Of a stretch of 57,929 nt of DNA, positions 53,834 through 57,929 are shown one piece after another. The notes beneath the pieces are model-generated. The model saw only the letters and a list, made by a program, of their open reading frames with translations, searched no databases and was not told where the DNA came from. Positions within the stretch are counted from its first letter, which is position 1. The number at the start of each line of letters is the position of its first letter. The stretch is from NCBI GenBank assembly GCA_964558795.1, contig CAZLFJ010000001.1:6175-64103 (forward strand), in the 5' to 3' direction. The DNA is from Candidatus Woesearchaeota archaeon (lineage in GTDB: Archaea > Nanobdellota > Nanobdellia > Pacearchaeales > GW2011-AR1). A program made the position numbers and the translations under genes.

Positions 53834-54664
53834 TTAATTCAACACAAACTTGGGCCTAGCAAAGAAATTTGCCTCACTAGTTTTCTCTGCAATCTCAATA
53901 AATCTTTCTCCAAAAAAAACTGCAAAAATATCTTCTTCTGGTAATTTTTCTAAGTCTTCACAAACCAGAGGTTTTCCAGTAAGAACTTTTTCCAAACTAT
54001 CTTTTTTTACTTGAACACATTCCATTGCTCTTTTAATTGCAATTTCTGCAGGAACAATCATTTTGGAAAGTGGGTCAAAATTTCCTTTTTTAAATTCTTC
54101 TAATGCCTTTTCAAGGACATATAATGTAACAGAATAAGATTCATCAAAAAGTCCTGCAACAGTTCTTCTAAGTTCAAGCATGTGGGCACCACCAACTTTC
54201 TCACCCAAATCAAAACAGAGCTTTCTAATATATGTTCCCCCCTGTACTTCAGAGATAAATAAAAAATCTTTATTATCTTTCTCAAGAATCTTAAAACTTT
54301 TTATCTCTCTTTCCCTAATGGCTCTTTTGACACTGGATTTTCTAGGGGGAAGTTGTTTGATCTTTCCCAGAAAATCCAGATCAATTATTTCTTGTAACTT
54401 CTCGATAGATATTTCTTGATGAACCCTAATTACTCCAACATAAGTTTTATCATGTCCTAAAAAGTAACCTGTTAATCGACAAGCTCTTCCAAGGGCTATT
54501 GGTAAAACTCCTGTAACTTGAGGATCTAGAGTTCCCAAATGGCTTGTTTTATTTAATTTAAGTGTACTTCGAACAAAATCTGAAACCATAAAACTTGTAG
54601 GACCTGCAGGTTTATCAATTACAACTATGCCAAAATTCAAAAGATCTTTAATACTTTTTTCCAT
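53834..54664 (-). CDS. cbf5: tRNA/rRNA pseudouridine synthase Cbf5/TruB with PUA domain
   Basis: VVIDKPAGPTSFMV, HLGTLDPQVTGVLPIALGRACRL (catalytic Asp), GGTYIRKL, C-terminal PUA-like region. Confidence 0.85.
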   Translation of the reverse strand: MEKSIKDLLNFGIVVIDKPAGPTSFMVSDFVRSTLKLNKTSHLGTLDPQVTGVLPIALGRACRLTGYFLGHDKTYVGVIRVHQEISIEKLQEIIDLDFLGKIKQLPPRKSSVKRAIREREIKSFKILEKDNKDFLFISEVQGGTYIRKLCFDLGEKVGGAHMLELRRTVAGLFDESYSVTLYVLEKALEEFKKGNFDPLSKMIVPAEIAIKRAMECVQVKKDSLEKVLTGKPLVCEDLEKLPEEDIFAVFFGERFIEIAEKTSEANFFARPKFVLN

Positions 54665-54686
54665 AAGTAATCAGAGTTTACTAAGA

Positions 54687-54694
54687 TTTATAAA
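54687..54694. promoter_or_regulatory. Palindromic TATA box shared by divergent cbf5 and trxA
   Basis: TTTATAAA, 29 nt before ATG 54716 and 30 nt from ATG 54664. The intergenic region is only 51 bp. Confidence 0.45.
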
Positions 54695-54715
54695 CCCCAC
54701 GAAATTATTGAAACT

Positions 54716-55033
54716 ATGGAAATTAACGATAGTACTTTTCAAAAAGAGGTTATTGAAACATCAAATAAAATACCAGTCCTAGTAGATTTTTGGGCACCTT
54801 GGTGTGGACCTTGCCAAATGTTAAAACCCCTAATTGAAAAATTAGCAATAGATTATGATGGAAAAGTAAAAATTGTAAAACTTAATGTAGATGAAAATCA
54901 AGAAATTGCTGGAAAATATGATATCATGTCCATTCCTTGTGTAAAACTATTCAAAAATGGAAAAGTCGAAGATGAATTTTTAGGATTGAGATCTGAAGAA
55001 TTTGTTAGAGAATGGCTGAATAGTAGATCATAA
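54716..55033 (+). CDS. trxA: Thioredoxin
   Basis: VLVDFWAPWCGPCQMLKP. Confidence 0.9.
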   Translation: MEINDSTFQKEVIETSNKIPVLVDFWAPWCGPCQMLKPLIEKLAIDYDGKVKIVKLNVDENQEIAGKYDIMSIPCVKLFKNGKVEDEFLGLRSEEFVREWLNSRS

Positions 55034-55105
55034 AAGAGAATATTCTTAGAATTTTAAACTTATTAATGGGATAAACCTTATAAAGACTCAAAGATTATAT
55101 TGTAT

Positions 55106-55312
55106 ATGGCAAAAAGAATAACCAAGGAAAGTAGGAAAGAATTTATTTTTGAATTGAAACCAAAAAAAGTCAAATGCAGAATTTGTGGGGAAGAGTTTGA
55201 AATAAAACCTACTGCAAAATTCCAAAGAAAATATTGTGAGAAATGCAGTAAAGCAAACAAAGAATATTATGATAATTTAGACTCCGTTACTATAGACGAT
55301 TGCGATGATTAG
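55106..55312 (+). CDS. Small zinc-ribbon protein
   Basis: CRICGE...CEKCSK. Start at ATG 55106, with ttataaag 28 nt upstream. The track used a TTG at 55100. Confidence 0.45.
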   Translation: MAKRITKESRKEFIFELKPKKVKCRICGEEFEIKPTAKFQRKYCEKCSKANKEYYDNLDSVTIDDCDD

Positions 55313-55412
55313 TTAGATTGTTAAGAATTAAATATTTTGAAAGGGATAGGCTCTCTAAAAAAATAGAATTAACTAGGGGGGTTGTCTTCTTTCTGACATC
55401 TAAAAACTGCTA

Positions 55413-56750
55413 TTAAATTCTCTTCCCCACTTCGAAAATCCAATTTTCACAGAAAGGAGGTGCTAAAATTTGCATTCCAACAGGTTTTCCATCGAGAACT
55501 CCCAGAGGGATTGATATGCCTGGGATTCCTGCAATATTTACTGGTGTAGTGAATATGTCATAAGCATACATCTCCTTTGTAGAAATATTCTCTCCTATTT
55601 GATGCGCAGTTCTTGGAACTGTTGGCAAAAGAATCACATCTACTTCTTTGAAAATTTTTTCAAATTCATCTTTTATAAATTTCCTTGCTTTCAAAGCATT
55701 CCGATAATACTGGCCCTCATATTCTGCTTGTGTTACTTCTGCACCCCCATAAATTCTTCTTAGAACTTCTTTACCGCAAACGTCTTCAATCTTTTTACCA
55801 AACCTTCGTCCATCAAATTTTCTTGTTGCAGAAAAAAATTCAACATAAACAAGAAGATAATAGGTTTCAAGAGAAATGTCTAGAGGCAAAAATACCTTTT
55901 TTGTTGTCCATCCAGGATTTTTATCATTCATTTTCTCCATCTTAGAATCCATCAAAGATTTAATCTTGGATGTAGCAAATTCAGAAATATCCACAACTCC
56001 AACTCGAACATTTTTTGTATCCAATTTATTTTCAGAGAATTCTTTGGTTGTGGTATCAAAATTGTCTTGTCCTTTTATTATATCAAAAATGGTTTCACTG
56101 TCTTCGATACATTTAGTTAATGGACCTATTTGATCAAAACTCATACACATATCAATAAGACCATATCTTGAAACAGCCCCATAGGTTGGCTTTAAACCGA
56201 ATATTCCGCAATGTGAGGCAGGATTTCTTATGCTCCCACCAGTATCACTCCCCATAGCAAAATCACAAAAATCAGCAGCAACTGCGGCAGCAGAACCAGA
56301 GCTACTTCCTCCAGGAATTAAGAGAGGATTTATAGGATTTTTGGTTGGTCCAAATGCAGAAGATTCCCCACTACCGCCGCATGCAAACTCATCCATATTG
56401 ACCATACCAATAATTATTGCATCTTCATCTTTAAGTTTTTTAATAACTGTCGCATCATAGGGTGCAATCCAGTCTTTGAGTGTCTGAGAAGCACAATTAG
56501 CTTCAAGATCCTTAACACAAATATTTGATTTCACTGCGACACAAATTCCTGCAAGTTTACCAACATCTTCCCCTCCAGATATTCTTTTGTCAATTTCATC
56601 TGCTTGTTTTAAAGATTGTTCATTAAATGAGAGGAAGATATTAAGTTCGTCATTTTTTTTGTCTATGTTTTGAATAAAATAAAGAAGATTCTCTCTTGCT
56701 TTTAATTTTCCAGACTTAATTAAATCAACTTTTTCTCTAATCATTATCAT
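55413..56750 (-). CDS. gatA: Glutamyl/aspartyl-tRNA amidotransferase subunit A (amidase signature family)
   Basis: GGSSSGSAAAVA...GSDTGGSIRNPASHCGIFGLKPTYG. Confidence 0.8.
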   Translation of the reverse strand: MIMIREKVDLIKSGKLKARENLLYFIQNIDKKNDELNIFLSFNEQSLKQADEIDKRISGGEDVGKLAGICVAVKSNICVKDLEANCASQTLKDWIAPYDATVIKKLKDEDAIIIGMVNMDEFACGGSGESSAFGPTKNPINPLLIPGGSSSGSAAAVAADFCDFAMGSDTGGSIRNPASHCGIFGLKPTYGAVSRYGLIDMCMSFDQIGPLTKCIEDSETIFDIIKGQDNFDTTTKEFSENKLDTKNVRVGVVDISEFATSKIKSLMDSKMEKMNDKNPGWTTKKVFLPLDISLETYYLLVYVEFFSATRKFDGRRFGKKIEDVCGKEVLRRIYGGAEVTQAEYEGQYYRNALKARKFIKDEFEKIFKEVDVILLPTVPRTAHQIGENISTKEMYAYDIFTTPVNIAGIPGISIPLGVLDGKPVGMQILAPPFCENWIFEVGKRI

Positions 56751-57613
56751 TTCCCAACCACCTCCTCAAGGATTTTATTTACCTGATTAAAATTAGCATC
56801 ATCCGTAAGAACAATATCAAAAACAGATTTATATTTCTGCATAGATTCTATGTTATCTTCTTCTAAAAATCCGACACTGATTAGGTTTTCGTATCTAAAC
56901 CCTTTAACCATTCCCAAGTCCCCCAAACTATCTCCCAAAAGAAGAACATTCTTTCTAGCTTTTATCTTTTCATATATCTCTGGAAAATTCTTAACAGATG
57001 TCTCATCCTTATTCATCACATGAATAATTGGTTCTTTGATTCTTATTGCATTGTCTTCTTCATCCCACTCAAAATCATTGGTGATTATATATAGATTAGA
57101 ATAATATTTTTTGTTTCTTTCAAGAAACATTTTAATTGTAAATCCCAATCCGCTAGAAGAAATTATTATTAGAGGGATTTGCGCATGATATAATGTGTCC
57201 AAAAAATCGAAAACACCCTCCCTAAACTCTAAAAAACCAAGTTTTTCAGAATTATCCAACATAAGAGAGATATGTTCTTTGTTTAAACCAGATTTTATCA
57301 GCAAATCAAAATGCTTTGTCCACCACTCGAGCATCTTCCCCTTCTTTTCTTCTAATGGAACATTTGGATCTATCTCTATGGGCCGATAAATGTTTGCTAG
57401 AGCATGAGATTTCTCAGAATATTCCTTGCTTATATAATCCTCACTACTTCTGAAAAAGTCCATTAAGGACATAATCTTCTTCCCATTAACAACTGCCCTG
57501 GTAAGAGTCCGATCAAAATCTGCAAGAACATGAAAATTCTCCTTTCCACCCAATTTAAATTGTTCAAGTTTTCTTTTAAGTTCTTGTGAATCTTGTAAAA
57601 TCATTTTTTCCAC
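56747..57613 (-). CDS. HAD-superfamily pyrimidine 5'-nucleotidase (UMPH-1/P5N-1-like)
   Basis: LADFDRTLT (DxDxT), IISSSGLG, LLGDSLGDL. This spacing of the four HAD motifs matches eukaryotic-type P5N-1. Confidence 0.6.
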   Translation of the reverse strand: MEKMILQDSQELKRKLEQFKLGGKENFHVLADFDRTLTRAVVNGKKIMSLMDFFRSSEDYISKEYSEKSHALANIYRPIEIDPNVPLEEKKGKMLEWWTKHFDLLIKSGLNKEHISLMLDNSEKLGFLEFREGVFDFLDTLYHAQIPLIIISSSGLGFTIKMFLERNKKYYSNLYIITNDFEWDEEDNAIRIKEPIIHVMNKDETSVKNFPEIYEKIKARKNVLLLGDSLGDLGMVKGFRYENLISVGFLEEDNIESMQKYKSVFDIVLTDDANFNQVNKILEEVVGK

Positions 57614-57846
57614 TTCCCAGTTTCTGCAACTATTAAATCGCCCTCAATGATTGGTGCATTTGCAAACATAGTTTCTTTGAAATCCTCGGAAGTAACCCAT
57701 CCGGAATCCTCTTTGCGTGCATCGAAACTTTCAAATGATTCTCCAAGATCTCCAGGAAGTTTATCCAGTTTACGACTAAATCCATTTAGAAAATTACGTG
57801 CCTCATCTCTAATAAATTCTTTTTCTTGATCAGATATTGCAGCCAT
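57601..57846 (-). CDS. gatC: GatC-like amidotransferase subunit
   Basis: 81 aa. ...RKEDSGW...MFANAPIIEGDLIVAE fits the GatC C-terminal pattern. First gene of the gatC-HAD-gatA operon, with cttataaa at 57868-57875 (-29). Confidence 0.5.
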   Translation of the reverse strand: MAAISDQEKEFIRDEARNFLNGFSRKLDKLPGDLGESFESFDARKEDSGWVTSEDFKETMFANAPIIEGDLIVAETGKWKK

Positions 57847-57929
57847 ATACTTTAAAGAAGATAATCTTTTATAAGTATTTGGTTTTTTTGTCTAAAAAGA
57901 GTCGAAATCCCTCGCTGAACGGTTGTCAC

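Overview
Visibly AT-rich archaeal chromosome segment, probably from an uncultured DPANN-type archaeon (inference from gene content). All calls rest on manual motif reading of the supplied ORFs and my own translation, with no database searches. Housekeeping genes: mcm, an RPA-like OB-fold protein, xerA-type recombinase, archaeal-type glyS and tyrS, gatD, gatC/gatA, cbf5/truB, trxA, ferredoxin, and a bacterial-type grpE-dnaK-dnaJ operon. No rRNA, tRNA or CRISPR array was found. Promoter architecture is very regular. An 8-bp TATA element starts 29 nt before the ATG of at least 20 first cistrons, implying leaderless mRNAs, while internal cistrons use GGAGG or overlapping stop/start codons. I used this rule to revise several starts. 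Accessory content: (i) 1-5.4 kb holds a PolB-like gene missing from the ORF track, with intact exonuclease motifs but no DTD motif, next to an abiEi-abiEii-ASCH operon. (ii) 19.5-31 kb is an island. It holds a Csa3-like CARF-wHTH regulator facing an 11-cistron, translationally coupled operon of Zn-ribbon mini-proteins, an MCM-N-only protein, TM peptides, a membrane HExxH protein, an unknown 246-aa protein and a UvrD-RecB-nuclease fusion. Downstream lie a Bro-N gene behind a leaderless uORF, a MazG-like plus GIY-YIG-DUF2075 gene pair, a 540-bp repeat-rich intergenic region and a wHTH-MNT/HEPN pair. The CARF-controlled operon is my top candidate for an undescribed system, and the MazG/DUF2075 pair is second. 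Other oddities: a class-Ia aaRS-like pseudoenzyme in an operon with an ANT-like NTase and a hydrolase; bacterial-type ddh and tspO; a TIMP/NTR-like secreted protein; a dif-like site beside xerA; two genes split by single-nucleotide frameshifts; and a decayed Zn-ribbon gene.
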